Made by a program: the position numbers and the translations under genes | Assembly: GCA_965279115.1 (NCBI GenBank) | Contig: OZ257137.1 | Span: 2,806,587 to 2,870,586 of the forward strand | Reading direction: 5' to 3' | Source: Burkholderiales bacterium | Lineage (GTDB): Bacteria > Pseudomonadota > Gammaproteobacteria > Burkholderiales > JAEUOS01 | Length of the DNA stretch: 64,000 bases | Part shown: one piece after another, positions 9,998-19,998 of the stretch | Position numbering within the stretch: the first letter of the stretch is position 1 | Layout of the letters: each line of letters opens with the position of its first letter | Notes under the pieces: model-generated | Databases searched by the model: none | Told to the model about the DNA's origin: nothing | Seen by the model: the letters and a program-made list of their open reading frames with translations, nothing else

Positions 9998-11113
9998 ATG
10001 ATGTTCAGACCTTCCAGGCGGTCCTGCATGCGGGCCGCATGGTCGCTTTTCGCGGTGGCAGCATCATGGTCCGGCGCCGCGGAGACCATCCGGATCTCGG
10101 CGGCCCAGGCCAAGGCCGCCGGGGTCGAAACGGCCGCCGTGGCGATGCGCGCGGGCTCGGGCTCGCAAGGCATGCCGGCTCAGGTGGTGATTCCGGCACC
10201 GCAATTGCGTGTGGTCAGCGCGCCGCTGGCGGGACTGGTCGAGGCGGTGCTGGTGGCGACCAACCAGAACGTGCGCCGTGGCCAGGTGGTGGCACGCCTG
10301 GCGAGTCCCGGCCTGGCCGATGTGCAGCACACCTATCTTCAGGCCTCTGCCCAGCACCAGCTGGCAGCCTCGGCCGCCATCCGCGACGAAAAGCTGTTCG
10401 AGGAAGGCATCATTGCCCAGTCTCGACTGGAAGCCGCGCGCAGCCGGCAACAGGAGGTCGCGGCCGACCTTGCCGAGCGCACCCAGGCCTTGCGCGCCGC
10501 CGGCATGTCCGCCGAGGCGATCGCCCGATTGCGGGCGGGGCGTACCGTGGGTACCGGAATCGACCTGGTGGCTCCGCTTGACGGGGTGGTGCTTGAGCAA
10601 ATGGCCTTGCCCGGGCAGCGCCTCGAGGCCGCCGCGCCCATCCTCAAGATCGCCAGGCTGACCCCGCTATGGCTGGAGATCCAGGTGCCGGTCGACCGCA
10701 TCGCCGGCGTGGCCATCGATTCGCCGGTGCGCCTGCCCGCGCTGGATGTAAGCGGCCGCGTCATCGCGATCGGCCGAGCCGTGTCCGGCAATACCCAGAC
10801 CCTCGCGGTGCGGGCCGAAGTGCGCAAGGGGGTTGAGCGCCTGCGTGCCGGGCAGCTCGTGGAGGCGGTTCTCGACGGCGCGCTGGGCCAGGGTGTGTGG
10901 AATGTACCGGTGGCCGCCATCGCACGCAGCAACGGCCGCGCGCAGGTCTATGTCGAGACCACCGGCGGCTTCACCGCCCAGGCCGTGCAGGTGATCGAGG
11001 AGACCGGCGGAAACGCGCTGGTCACAGGACCCTTCAAGGGCGGTGAACGGGTGGCGACCAAGGGCGTGGCGACGCTCAAGGCCATCGAGGCCGGCATCGG
11101 CGGGGTGCAGTAA
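9998..11113 (+). CDS. efflux RND periplasmic adaptor (CzcB/CusB-like)
   Basis: Coiled-coil middle region and beta-barrel C-terminus pattern. Its stop overlaps the RND pump start. Confidence 0.85.
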   Translation: MMFRPSRRSCMRAAWSLFAVAASWSGAAETIRISAAQAKAAGVETAAVAMRAGSGSQGMPAQVVIPAPQLRVVSAPLAGLVEAVLVATNQNVRRGQVVARLASPGLADVQHTYLQASAQHQLAASAAIRDEKLFEEGIIAQSRLEAARSRQQEVAADLAERTQALRAAGMSAEAIARLRAGRTVGTGIDLVAPLDGVVLEQMALPGQRLEAAAPILKIARLTPLWLEIQVPVDRIAGVAIDSPVRLPALDVSGRVIAIGRAVSGNTQTLAVRAEVRKGVERLRAGQLVEAVLDGALGQGVWNVPVAAIARSNGRAQVYVETTGGFTAQAVQVIEETGGNALVTGPFKGGERVATKGVATLKAIEAGIGGVQ

Positions 11114-14100
11114 TGCTCGCCTGGCTGGTTGATACGGCGCTGGCGCAGCGCCTGCTGGTGCTGGTGGCGACCCTCATGCTGGTGGCCGCCGGCGTGATGG
11201 CGTATCGGGTACTGCCTGTAGACGCCTATCCGGATGTGTCTTCCACACAGGTGAAGATCATCATCAAGTCACCCGGCATGACGCCCGAGGAGGTCGAGGC
11301 GCGCATCACCACGCCGATCGAGCTGGAAATGCTCGGCATTCCGTTCAAGCGCCTGGTGCGCTCCACCTCCAAGTACGCGATCGCCGACATCACGCTCGAT
11401 TTTGCCGAAGGCACCGACCTCTACTGGGCGCGCCAGCAGGTGGGCGAGCGCCTGGCCGGCATCCTGCGCGAACTGCCACAGGGCGCCAGCGGCGGGCTGG
11501 CGCCGATCACCACGCCCCTGGGCGAGATGTTCATGTTCACCGTCGAAGGCGAGGGCCTCACCCTGGCCGAACGCCGCACCCTGCTGGACTGGACCATCCG
11601 CCCGGCCTTGCGCACCCTGCCAGGCGTGGCGGACGTCAACTCGCTGGGCGGCCATGTGCGCAGCTTCGAGGTGGTGCCGGACAACACCGCCATGCAGGCG
11701 CGCGGGGTGACCTCTGCGATGCTTATGCGCGCGCTCGAGGCGAACAACCGCAACGACGGCGCCGGCCGCATCCGCGAAGGGGAGGAAACCCTGCTGGTGC
11801 GCACCGAAGGCAGCATCCGCACCCTCGAAGACCTGCGTGCCGTGACGGCCGCCGCCCGGGATGGCACGCCGGTGCGGGTGGGCGATCTCGCCGAAGTGCG
11901 CATCGGCAGCCTCACGCGCTATGGCGCGGTCACGCAGGACGGCCGCGCCGAGGCGGTGCAGGGCCTGGTGCTGGGCCTGCGTGGCGCCAACGCGCGCGAG
12001 GTGGTGGCGAACGTGCGCGCGCGCCTGGCGGAACTCGAGCCGACCTTTCCGAAAGGCGTGACCACCCGCGTGTTCTACGACCGCGGCGCACTGGTGGACC
12101 GCGCCGTCGGCACGGTAGCCCGCGCCTTGCTCGAGGCGATCGTGCTGGTGGTGGTGCTGCTGCTGTTCTTCCTCGGCAACGTTCGTGCTGCACTGGTGGT
12201 GGCCATCACCCTGCCACTGGCCGCGCTGGGCACCTTCGTGCTCATGCGCTACACCAGCCTTTCGGCCAACCTGATGAGCCTGGGCGGATTGGCGATCGCC
12301 ATCGGCATGCTGGTCGATGGCGCCGTGGTCGTGGTGGAAAACATCGTCACCCACCTCGGCAGCGACAACACGCAGGGCCTGTCGCCGCATGAGCGCGTGG
12401 CCATCGCCACCCGCGAAGTGGTGGTGCCGGTGGCAGCCGGCGTGCTCATCATCGTGATCGTGTTCCTGCCCCTGCTTTCGCTCGAGGGCCTGGAAGGCAA
12501 GCTGTTCGCGCCGGTGGCCTTGACCATCGTGTATGCGCTGGGCACGGCGCTGCTGCTTTCGCTGACCACCGTGCCGGTGCTGGCTTCGCTGCTGCTCAAG
12601 GCCGGCCGCCATGGCGACCCATGGCTGTTGCGGAAGGCGCAGGGCATCTACACGCCGGTGCTGGGGTTCGCATTGCGGCACGGGAAGGCATGTGTGCTGG
12701 GCGCACTCATTGCGCTGGCCGCGGCGTTGGCGACCTTTCCCTTCATCGGCAAGACCTTCATGCCCGGCCTGGACGAAGGCGACCTGCTGGTGAGCGTGGA
12801 GAAGCTGCCGTCGATCAGCCTGGAGCAAAGTGTGGCCACCGACATGCGCATCCAGCAGGCCATCCTCGCGGCGGTGCCCGAGGTCAAGGGCATCGTTGCG
12901 CGCACCGGATCCGACGAGATCGGGCTCGATCCGATGGGGCCGAACCAGACCGACACCTTCCTGGTGTTGAAGCCCAAGGCCGAATGGCGCAGGCCCGACA
13001 AGGAATGGCTGGGCGACCAGTTGCGCGAGGTCTTGAAGCAGTTTCCGGGCGTGGCCTTCAGCTTCACCCAACCCATAGAGATGCGGGTATCCGAAATGCT
13101 GGTGGGGGTGCGCGGCGATGTGGCCGTCAAGGTATTCGGCCCGGACCTCAAGACGCTCAACGATTTCGCCGGGCGCATGGTCGATGCGCTCAAGAAGGTG
13201 AATGGCGCCGAGGACGTGCTGACCATCAAGAACGACGGCGTGCAGTACTACCGGGTAGTGATCGACCGCCTGGCCGCCGGGCGGCTCGGCGTGAGTGTCG
13301 ACGACATCGCCAGTGCGTTACGAACCCAGGTCGAGGGCCAGGTGGCCGGGCTGGTGCTTGAACCGGGACGCCGCACGCCGATCCTGCTGCGCGGTGCCGA
13401 GGGCTTGCGCACTTCGCCGGCCGCGCTGGCCGCCATGACGCTTACCCTGCCTGAAGGGCAGAGCGTGCCGGTCGCGCAGCTGGCCAGGCTGGAGCGCGTT
13501 GAAGGTCCGGTGAAGGTGGATCATGAAAACGCCGAACGCATGGTGGTGGTACAGGCCAACGTGCGCGGCCGCGACCTGGTGGGATTCGTCGAGGATGCGA
13601 AGAAGGCGGCGGCGCAACTGGGCGTGCCGGCCGGCTACCGCATCACCTGGAGCGGCCAGTTCGAAAACCAGCAGCGCGCGGCCGCCAGGCTGGCAGTCGT
13701 GGTGCCGGTGGCGCTGGGGCTCATATTCCTGCTGCTCTACATCACCTTCGGATCGCTGCGCCAGTCGCTCCTGGTGTTTGCCAACATTCCCTTCGCCTTG
13801 ATCGGCGGCGTGTTCGCCCTGGCGCTGGCGCGTGAATACCTTTCGGTACCAGCCTCGGTGGGCTTCATCGCACTTCTCGGCATCGCGGTGTTGAACGGCG
13901 TGGTGCTGGTGAGTTGCTTCAACCAGCTGCAGGCCTCGGGCATGGCGCTTGCCGAGGTGGTGGTGGAGGGCGCGCGCCGGCGCTTGCGCCCGGTGCTGAT
14001 GACCGCCGGCATCACCGCGCTGGGTCTGGTGCCGCTCTTGTTCGCCACCGGCCCGGGGTCGGAGATCCAGCGTCCCCTGGCCATCGTGGTCATCGGCGGC

Positions 14101-14202
14101 CTGGTGTCATCGACCCTGCTGACGCTGGTGATCCTGCCCGTGCTTTACCTGCGTTTCGGTGCCGGACCCGACGCGCCGGATGAAACGGAGGTTGTGCAAT
14201 GA
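11113..14202 (+). CDS. heavy-metal efflux RND pump (CusA/CzcA family)
   Basis: 1029 aa. The N-terminus and 12-TM layout are typical of HME-RND pumps (AYPDVSSTQVKIIIKSPGMTPEEVE). Confidence 0.95.
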   Translation: MLAWLVDTALAQRLLVLVATLMLVAAGVMAYRVLPVDAYPDVSSTQVKIIIKSPGMTPEEVEARITTPIELEMLGIPFKRLVRSTSKYAIADITLDFAEGTDLYWARQQVGERLAGILRELPQGASGGLAPITTPLGEMFMFTVEGEGLTLAERRTLLDWTIRPALRTLPGVADVNSLGGHVRSFEVVPDNTAMQARGVTSAMLMRALEANNRNDGAGRIREGEETLLVRTEGSIRTLEDLRAVTAAARDGTPVRVGDLAEVRIGSLTRYGAVTQDGRAEAVQGLVLGLRGANAREVVANVRARLAELEPTFPKGVTTRVFYDRGALVDRAVGTVARALLEAIVLVVVLLLFFLGNVRAALVVAITLPLAALGTFVLMRYTSLSANLMSLGGLAIAIGMLVDGAVVVVENIVTHLGSDNTQGLSPHERVAIATREVVVPVAAGVLIIVIVFLPLLSLEGLEGKLFAPVALTIVYALGTALLLSLTTVPVLASLLLKAGRHGDPWLLRKAQGIYTPVLGFALRHGKACVLGALIALAAALATFPFIGKTFMPGLDEGDLLVSVEKLPSISLEQSVATDMRIQQAILAAVPEVKGIVARTGSDEIGLDPMGPNQTDTFLVLKPKAEWRRPDKEWLGDQLREVLKQFPGVAFSFTQPIEMRVSEMLVGVRGDVAVKVFGPDLKTLNDFAGRMVDALKKVNGAEDVLTIKNDGVQYYRVVIDRLAAGRLGVSVDDIASALRTQVEGQVAGLVLEPGRRTPILLRGAEGLRTSPAALAAMTLTLPEGQSVPVAQLARLERVEGPVKVDHENAERMVVVQANVRGRDLVGFVEDAKKAAAQLGVPAGYRITWSGQFENQQRAAARLAVVVPVALGLIFLLLYITFGSLRQSLLVFANIPFALIGGVFALALAREYLSVPASVGFIALLGIAVLNGVVLVSCFNQLQASGMALAEVVVEGARRRLRPVLMTAGITALGLVPLLFATGPGSEIQRPLAIVVIGGLVSSTLLTLVILPVLYLRFGAGPDAPDETEVVQ

Positions 14203-15452
14203 GGCTTGTCGCGTTCTTGCGCCGCGCGGGATCCGCGGGCGCCATGCTGGCCGCCGCCACGGTGGCGGCCCAACCTGCCGGCGTCGTGGGCGACCTGCCG
14301 CCGGTCGAGCATGTCGCAGTGGCCATCGAGCAGCACCCGAGCGTGGCCGGTGCGCGCGCCGGCATCAGTCTGGAAGAAGCCAACCGGCGGCGCCTCAATG
14401 CCGGTCCGCACGAAGTCAATGTGCGTCTGGGGGCGCAGCAGCGGCATGACTCCACCGCCGGCCGCAACATGGGTGAATGGGATGTCATGGTTGAACGTGC
14501 CGTGCGCCTGCCCGGCAAGGGCGCACTGGACGCGCGACTGGGCGAGCAGGGGGTGGACCTGGCCAAACTCGCCGTGGGCGATGCGCGCCATGAGGCCGGA
14601 CGCAGCCTGTTGCGCCTGTGGTTCGCGTGGGGCCGCGCGGCCACCCAATTGGGTCTCTGGCTGGGCCAGCGCGACCTGCTGCGCCGCCAGGCCGAGGTGA
14701 TGGCGCGCCGCAACCAGTTGGGCGATGCCGCCCGCCAGGAAAAGCTCCTCGCCGATTCCGCGCTGGCGCAGGCCGAGGCGGCCTTGTTGCAGGCGATGAC
14801 GCGTGCCGAAGTGAGCGCCAGCGAGCTCACCCGCAACTACCCGCAGATCCGCCTGCCGGAGCGTCCACCTGCGGCCCTGCCACAGCCGGTGGACAAGCCT
14901 TCGGCCTACTGGGAGGCACGCATCGCCGAGCACAACCATGAACTGGCGCTTGCCAGGGGCGAGGTCGAACGGCGCCGCACACTGGCCGAGCGCGCGCGCG
15001 CAGAGCGCAGTGCCGATCCGTCGCTGGGCGTGCGGGTGGCGTCGGAGCGCGCCGGCGTCGAGCGCGTCGTGGGCCTGGTGCTGGCGGTGCCGATAGGCGG
15101 TGCGGCGCGCGCCGCCGGCCAGGATGCCGCGCTGGCGCAGATCGATGTGGCCGCGCAGCGTGCCGCGGTGATCGAGCGACGGCTGGCCGCTGAAGCGGCG
15201 GCGACCTATGTCGGGGCGACCCGCGCATTCGAGGCGTGGCAGCAGACCCGCGCCGCGGCGGAAGCGATGACCCGCAGCGCCGAATTGACGGCGCGCGCCT
15301 ATCGGCTGGGCGAGGGCAGTCTGGGCGAGGTGCTCACCGCACAGCGCCTGGCCATCGATGCACGCCTTGCCGCGACCAGCGTGCAGTTCGAGGCGGCCGA
15401 AGCCCGCTACCGCCTGATGCTTGACGCCCACCTGCTGTGGGATCTCGACTAG
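14199..15452 (+). CDS. outer-membrane efflux protein (TolC/CzcC family)
   Basis: ATGA overlap with the pump gene, signal peptide, and Ala/Arg/Leu-rich coiled repeats typical of OMF proteins. Confidence 0.8.
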   Translation: MRLVAFLRRAGSAGAMLAAATVAAQPAGVVGDLPPVEHVAVAIEQHPSVAGARAGISLEEANRRRLNAGPHEVNVRLGAQQRHDSTAGRNMGEWDVMVERAVRLPGKGALDARLGEQGVDLAKLAVGDARHEAGRSLLRLWFAWGRAATQLGLWLGQRDLLRRQAEVMARRNQLGDAARQEKLLADSALAQAEAALLQAMTRAEVSASELTRNYPQIRLPERPPAALPQPVDKPSAYWEARIAEHNHELALARGEVERRRTLAERARAERSADPSLGVRVASERAGVERVVGLVLAVPIGGAARAAGQDAALAQIDVAAQRAAVIERRLAAEAAATYVGATRAFEAWQQTRAAAEAMTRSAELTARAYRLGEGSLGEVLTAQRLAIDARLAATSVQFEAAEARYRLMLDAHLLWDLD

Positions 15453-15455
15453 TCC

Positions 15456-16361
15456 CTACTTGCCCATGTAGTTGTCTTCCCACCAGCTGTAGACGATGTC
15501 GCGCAGTGCGGCGCCATCATCATCGCCATAAAGCTCGCGGCGTTTCACCTTCTGCAGAAGGGCGAACTCCGCGGCGTCGAGTCGTATCGGGAAATCGGCG
15601 TAGCGGATCGGCACGTTGACGAACTCCGGCACGTAGCCGGGGTCACGCACCAGTTCGCGCTCGGCCTTGATACGCTTGATCTTGAAGTCGGCCGGGGTTC
15701 GCTGGCTCGGAAGTGCAGCCGGCAGGGGCGGTACCGCGGCCAGGTCGGCGTCACCGGCGGTATAGGTCGACAACCGCACCGGCTTGATCGAGAAATTGCT
15801 GGTTTTCATGATGTCCGCGCCGCATACGTTGGGCACGGCCAGCACGTCGATGAGCGCCAGAAGTTCCACGTGGTCGCCGGGCTTCGAGTTCTGCCGCGTG
15901 ATGAAGGGCATGCCGTCGTTCACGCCGGTGGCCATGAAAAGGTTGAAGGAATCGTGCACGTCGTCCGGTGTCAGGCCGTATTCGCGCTGTGCTTCGGACT
16001 GGATGTCGTGGCAGTTGGTATGCACCGGCAGGCCGTAGATGCTTTCGTAAAGGTGCGCGCTGCAACGCGGGAACATCACGTCGTTGCAGCCGACCGTGTC
16101 CTCGAGGATAAAGACCATGGCGCGCTCGCGCGGCGGCGCCGACCACATGAAGGTCCCCTTGGTCGGGTTGATGCCATGCAGGGTGCGGGTACGCCCGGTA
16201 TGCATGAATTCCTTGTAGTCGTGCAGGTTGAAGCAGTTGAAATCCACGCACTGCCCACCCTCGATCTGCTCGATCCTGAGGATCTGGCCGGCCATGAGTT
16301 CGATGGCCTTGCCGGTGCCGGGTTCGAGCACCCGGGTGTCGATCAGGGTGCGTGCGCTCAC
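15456..16361 (-). CDS. DUF1989-family protein (urea-carboxylase-associated-like)
   Basis: By-eye match to the DUF1989 core (GQCVDFNCFNLHDYKEF, CNDVMFPRCS). Start placed at GTG 16361, overlapping the stop of a small upstream ORF. Confidence 0.7.
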   Translation of the reverse strand: MSARTLIDTRVLEPGTGKAIELMAGQILRIEQIEGGQCVDFNCFNLHDYKEFMHTGRTRTLHGINPTKGTFMWSAPPRERAMVFILEDTVGCNDVMFPRCSAHLYESIYGLPVHTNCHDIQSEAQREYGLTPDDVHDSFNLFMATGVNDGMPFITRQNSKPGDHVELLALIDVLAVPNVCGADIMKTSNFSIKPVRLSTYTAGDADLAAVPPLPAALPSQRTPADFKIKRIKAERELVRDPGYVPEFVNVPIRYADFPIRLDAAEFALLQKVKRRELYGDDDGAALRDIVYSWWEDNYMGK

Positions 16362-16531
16362 TTGCTGCCCCCGGACGGTGTGTTGGGGGCATGGATTGCC
16401 GCATGCTCGCGCAGGGCGCGCCGGATCAGTGCCTCGAGATCGGGCGCCGCACCACGGGCAATCGTTCTGTCGAGCAATTCCCGTTGCTGCTGGTTGAGTT
16501 TGAGCACCACCGTGACCGCTTCCATCGTCAT
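16358..16531 (-). CDS. 57-aa hypothetical protein coupled to the DUF1989 gene
   Basis: Below the ORF-track cutoff and translated by hand: MTMEAVTVVLKLNQQQRELLDRTIARGAAPDLEALIRRALREHAAIHAPNTPSGGSK. Its TGA overlaps the downstream GTG (GTGA). Confidence 0.35.
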   Translation of the reverse strand: MTMEAVTVVLKLNQQQRELLDRTIARGAAPDLEALIRRALREHAAIHAPNTPSGGSK

Positions 16532-16693
16532 GTCCTTTGCCTGGATTTGAAGTGACGCGTGGCAAGAGGATCACCCCGCGCGCGGGTTTCCTGAAGCAAG
16601 GTCCGGTCCATCACGCACCACAAAAGCGCATGGCATGGAGGTTGCGAATGGCATGGCGGCCAATCAGGCTCCAAACTTCTAAGGGGAAGCGCG

Positions 16694-17815
16694 ATGGAAT
16701 CGACGTCCAAGGGAATGCAACGCCGTCAATGGATCAAGCAGGCTGCGAGTATCGCGGCAGGCGCCACGTTGGGAGAAGGGCTGATCGCCCGCGCTTTTGC
16801 CGCGGACCCGCTGGTCATCGGTGCGATTTACGTCGGCCCGCGTGGCGACTATGGCTGGAACCAGTCGCATGCCGTCGGCGTCGAAATCCTCAAGAAGCTG
16901 CCCAACGTCAAGGTGATCGAGGAAGAGAAAGTCCCGGAATCCACCGAAGTGGTCAAGACCATGGAAGCGATGATCCGCCAGGACGGTGCCCGTCTGATCC
17001 TCGGCACCTCGTTCGGCTATTTCGATCCGCACATGATCGCCATGGCCAAGAAATACCCCAAGGTGCAGTTCCGCCACCCCACGACGCTATGGTCCAAGGA
17101 AAAGCATCCTGGCAACCTGGGCGGTTACTTCTGCTTTCTCGACCAGGCCCACTACGTGAACGGCGCCGCCGCCGCGGCCATGACCAAGAGCAACAAGATC
17201 GGTTTCGTCGCCGCCAAGCCCATTTCCGTGGTGTTGCGCAACATCAACGCGTTCACCATGGCGGCCAAAAAAGTCAATCCCAAGGTGACGGTGCAGCTGG
17301 TGTTCACCGGCGAATGGTCCATGCCGGTGCGCGAGGCCGAATCCGCCAACGCGCTGGTCGACGCTGGCTGCGACGTGATCGCCTGCCATGTGGACAGCCC
17401 CAAGGTGGTGCTGGAGACCGCGGAACGCCGCGGCGTCAAGTCGCTGGGTCACAACGTGGGGCAGGCCACCATCGCCCCCAAGGGCTTCATCACCGGCGCG
17501 GAGAACAAATACGAAACCATCTACAAGGCCTATGCCGAGGCGCTCGCCGCCGGAAAGGGCCTGCCCAACGTGGCCGTAGGCGGGTATGACAAGGACTACG
17601 TGCGCAACACCGCGTTTGGCGCGGGCGCCGACGAAGGCGCGCGCAAGGCCGCCAACGCGGCAATGGCCGACATGAAGGCCGGCAAGCCCATGTATCCCGG
17701 CGCGGTCAAGGACAACAAGGGCAAGGTCGTGCTGGAGAAGTCGGTCGGCAACTACGATCCGGTCCTCGATGCCATGAACTACCTGGTCGAGGGCGTGTCG
17801 GGTTCGATCGGCTGA
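16694..17815 (+). CDS. BMP-family ABC transporter substrate-binding protein
   Basis: Tat-like signal RRQWIKQAASIAAGATLG and BMP/PnrA-like sequence pattern. Confidence 0.85.
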   Translation: MESTSKGMQRRQWIKQAASIAAGATLGEGLIARAFAADPLVIGAIYVGPRGDYGWNQSHAVGVEILKKLPNVKVIEEEKVPESTEVVKTMEAMIRQDGARLILGTSFGYFDPHMIAMAKKYPKVQFRHPTTLWSKEKHPGNLGGYFCFLDQAHYVNGAAAAAMTKSNKIGFVAAKPISVVLRNINAFTMAAKKVNPKVTVQLVFTGEWSMPVREAESANALVDAGCDVIACHVDSPKVVLETAERRGVKSLGHNVGQATIAPKGFITGAENKYETIYKAYAEALAAGKGLPNVAVGGYDKDYVRNTAFGAGADEGARKAANAAMADMKAGKPMYPGAVKDNKGKVVLEKSVGNYDPVLDAMNYLVEGVSGSIG

Positions 17816-17877
17816 GTGCTTCCCGACCCCGGCCCGGACCTTGCCTCCATGCCGGTCGGGGTCGGGCTTGTGCGCAG

Positions 17878-18867
17878 TTAGCCGATGGTCCGGTCCGACC
17901 GCAACATCAACGACTGCGGAATCTCGATGGCGAGCGCGCGGGCGGCGGCGAGATTGACCACCATCTCGAAGACGGTCGGCTGTTCCACCGGCAGGTCCGC
18001 CGGGCGTGTGCCCCGCAGGAGCTTGTCCGCATAGAGCGCCACCTGGCGGTAGTAGTTGCGCTGGTTGGGACCGTAGCTGAGAAGATTTCCGGCCTCGGCG
18101 AATTCGGCCCAGCCCGAGATGGTCGGCAGTTTCCGTTTCGTGGCGAAATCCGCGATCGATCTCGCCTGGCGATTGATCAGGTTGTCCGGAATGGCGATCA
18201 GCGCGTCCGCGCCTTCGCTTGCGATCGCGTCGAACGTCCTGTCGAAGTCAGCCACCGCGTAGACCGGATGCCATTTCAGTGTCAGGCCGAGTTGTTGCGC
18301 AGCGGCCAGCGTGGCCTTGTATTCCGTCTGCACGCCGGGATGTGCCTGGTTGGCGATGGCCGCCACGCGGCTGATGCGCGGTGCGGCTTCCTTCAGCAAT
18401 TGCAGGCGCTTGCCGGATAACTCTTCGGAGAGCGCGGTAACGCCGGTGAGATTCGCGCCGGGGCGCGACAGGCTCGAAACCAGGTTGGCCTCGACCGGAT
18501 CGCCATTGATGTTGAAGACGATGGGCGTGGTACCGGCGTTGACCCGGGCGCCGAACACCATGGGACCCTGCGCGATGATCACGTCCACCTTCGTGCCCAC
18601 TAGTTCCCGGGTCAGTTCGCGCGCCGCGCTGCTGTCGCCGCTGCGCACTTCCAGGACCAGATTGCGGCCTTCGTGCCAGCCCCGTTCAGCCAATACGGTC
18701 TTGAGTGCCTCCAGGGGCACCCGGGAGGCCGTTGCGCCGGGACCACCCGTCCAGCCCAGCCAGCCTACACGGACAGAACGCGCCGTGCCTTGAGCATTGG
18801 CGTTGATGGACGGCAGCACGAGGCCGCCACTGGTCAACAGGAAGTCTCTGCGATTGAACCGTGTCAT
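17878..18867 (-). CDS. ABC transporter substrate-binding protein (ABC_sub_bind family)
   Basis: Tat-like N-terminus MTRFNRRDFLL and a periplasmic binding-protein pattern. Start at the internal Met. Confidence 0.7.
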   Translation of the reverse strand: MTRFNRRDFLLTSGGLVLPSINANAQGTARSVRVGWLGWTGGPGATASRVPLEALKTVLAERGWHEGRNLVLEVRSGDSSAARELTRELVGTKVDVIIAQGPMVFGARVNAGTTPIVFNINGDPVEANLVSSLSRPGANLTGVTALSEELSGKRLQLLKEAAPRISRVAAIANQAHPGVQTEYKATLAAAQQLGLTLKWHPVYAVADFDRTFDAIASEGADALIAIPDNLINRQARSIADFATKRKLPTISGWAEFAEAGNLLSYGPNQRNYYRQVALYADKLLRGTRPADLPVEQPTVFEMVVNLAAARALAIEIPQSLMLRSDRTIG

Positions 18868-19269
18868 TGTGGCTGTGGCGTCTTGGCGTCTCCGAACTAG
18901 CGCCAAAGTGTAAAGGCTCGCGCCAGGAGAATCCAGAGCCGGCAGCGACTGGCTGCATCGGCGGCCTCACACGCACCTCCGGTTCACGCGCAAAAGGCTG
19001 CCACGCCGACACTTTGTTGACGCAGGTCAAGCGGCCGGTATTGCGCTGCCGGAGGGTGAGACGCAAACTTTGAATGCCCGATTTTGTAGCAGCGCGGTGC
19101 CGCGAGATCGGTTGGGCGCGGACATCAGAAAAGCTTTCTATTGACCTATGTCACTATTGAGTGACACAAGCCATGTAACGTGATTATTGCAAGAGTCTGA
19201 ACGGCTTGTACTTCATGCCGGACGAATGGTCCGGAAAATGTGGGATGCAGTCGCGATGCGCGGAAAGTC

Positions 19270-19998
19270 ATGAACGAACCTTTGCCCCTGTCGAAAAGCT
19301 TCGGCTACCAGAGCGTGGATGAGCGCGAACGTGAGTTGCGCATCCGCCGTGTTTTCGAGGCGGTGGCCAGGCGTTACGACCTCATGAACGACCTGATGAG
19401 CTTCGGCATCCACCGCTTGTGGAAGCGCGTATTCGTGGCCATGGCGGCGCCGCGCGCCGGCCAGCGCATCGTCGATCTGGCCGGGGGAACCGGGGACGTT
19501 GCGGCCCTGATGGCAGGGCCCGACCGCGAAGTCACCGTGATCGACCCCAGCGCGGCCATGATGGAAGCCGGTCGCGCGCGCAATCATCGGCATGTGCAGT
19601 GGCAACTGGGCACGGCCGAGCGGCTGCCGCTTGGCGATGCCTCGATCGACACCCTGACCATCGCATTCGGGATCCGCAATGTCACGCGCATCGAGGATGC
19701 GCTCGCCGAGGCGCTGCGGGTGCTCAAGCCCGGCGGCCGCTTCCTGTGCCTGGAGTTTTCCACGCCGGTGTTCTGGCTGCGTCCGTTCTACAACCTGTTT
19801 TCTTTCCTGGTGATTCCGCGCCTCGGTGCCTGGATCGCCAACTCGCCGGAGGCCTACACCTACCTGGTCGAGTCGATTCGCCGCTTTCCCGACCAGCAGG
19901 CTTTCACGCGCCTGATCGAAGGCGCCGGCTTCGCCGACGTACGCTTCAGGAACCTGAGTTTCGGTATCGCGGCGATCCATAGCGGGGTGCGCAAATGA
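19270..19998 (+). CDS. ubiE: demethylmenaquinone / ubiquinone C-methyltransferase
   Basis: FGYQSVDE...VARRYDLMNDLMSFGIHRLWK signature N-terminus and the SAM motif VDLAGGTGD. Confidence 0.9.
   Translation: MNEPLPLSKSFGYQSVDERERELRIRRVFEAVARRYDLMNDLMSFGIHRLWKRVFVAMAAPRAGQRIVDLAGGTGDVAALMAGPDREVTVIDPSAAMMEAGRARNHRHVQWQLGTAERLPLGDASIDTLTIAFGIRNVTRIEDALAEALRVLKPGGRFLCLEFSTPVFWLRPFYNLFSFLVIPRLGAWIANSPEAYTYLVESIRRFPDQQAFTRLIEGAGFADVRFRNLSFGIAAIHSGVRK

Noticed and set aside
11269-13071. Long antisense ORFs inside confidently called genes. Examples are the 600-aa ORF opposite the RND pump, 28432-30246 opposite the TPP enzyme, 32344-34197 opposite the ACAD/lyase genes, and 1696-3243 opposite the cytochrome genes.
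   Set aside because: These are typical shadow ORFs of GC-rich DNA. Their products are Arg/Ala/Gly/Pro-rich and low in complexity, with no motifs. The opposite strand carries clear family signatures.
19149-19166. Palindrome TGTCACTattgAGTGACA in the AT-rich spacer upstream of ubiE.
   Set aside because: It is a real 7-bp inverted repeat and a plausible operator. It is short, no regulator is nearby to tie it to, and its resemblance to the island AGTGACG motif is probably coincidental.
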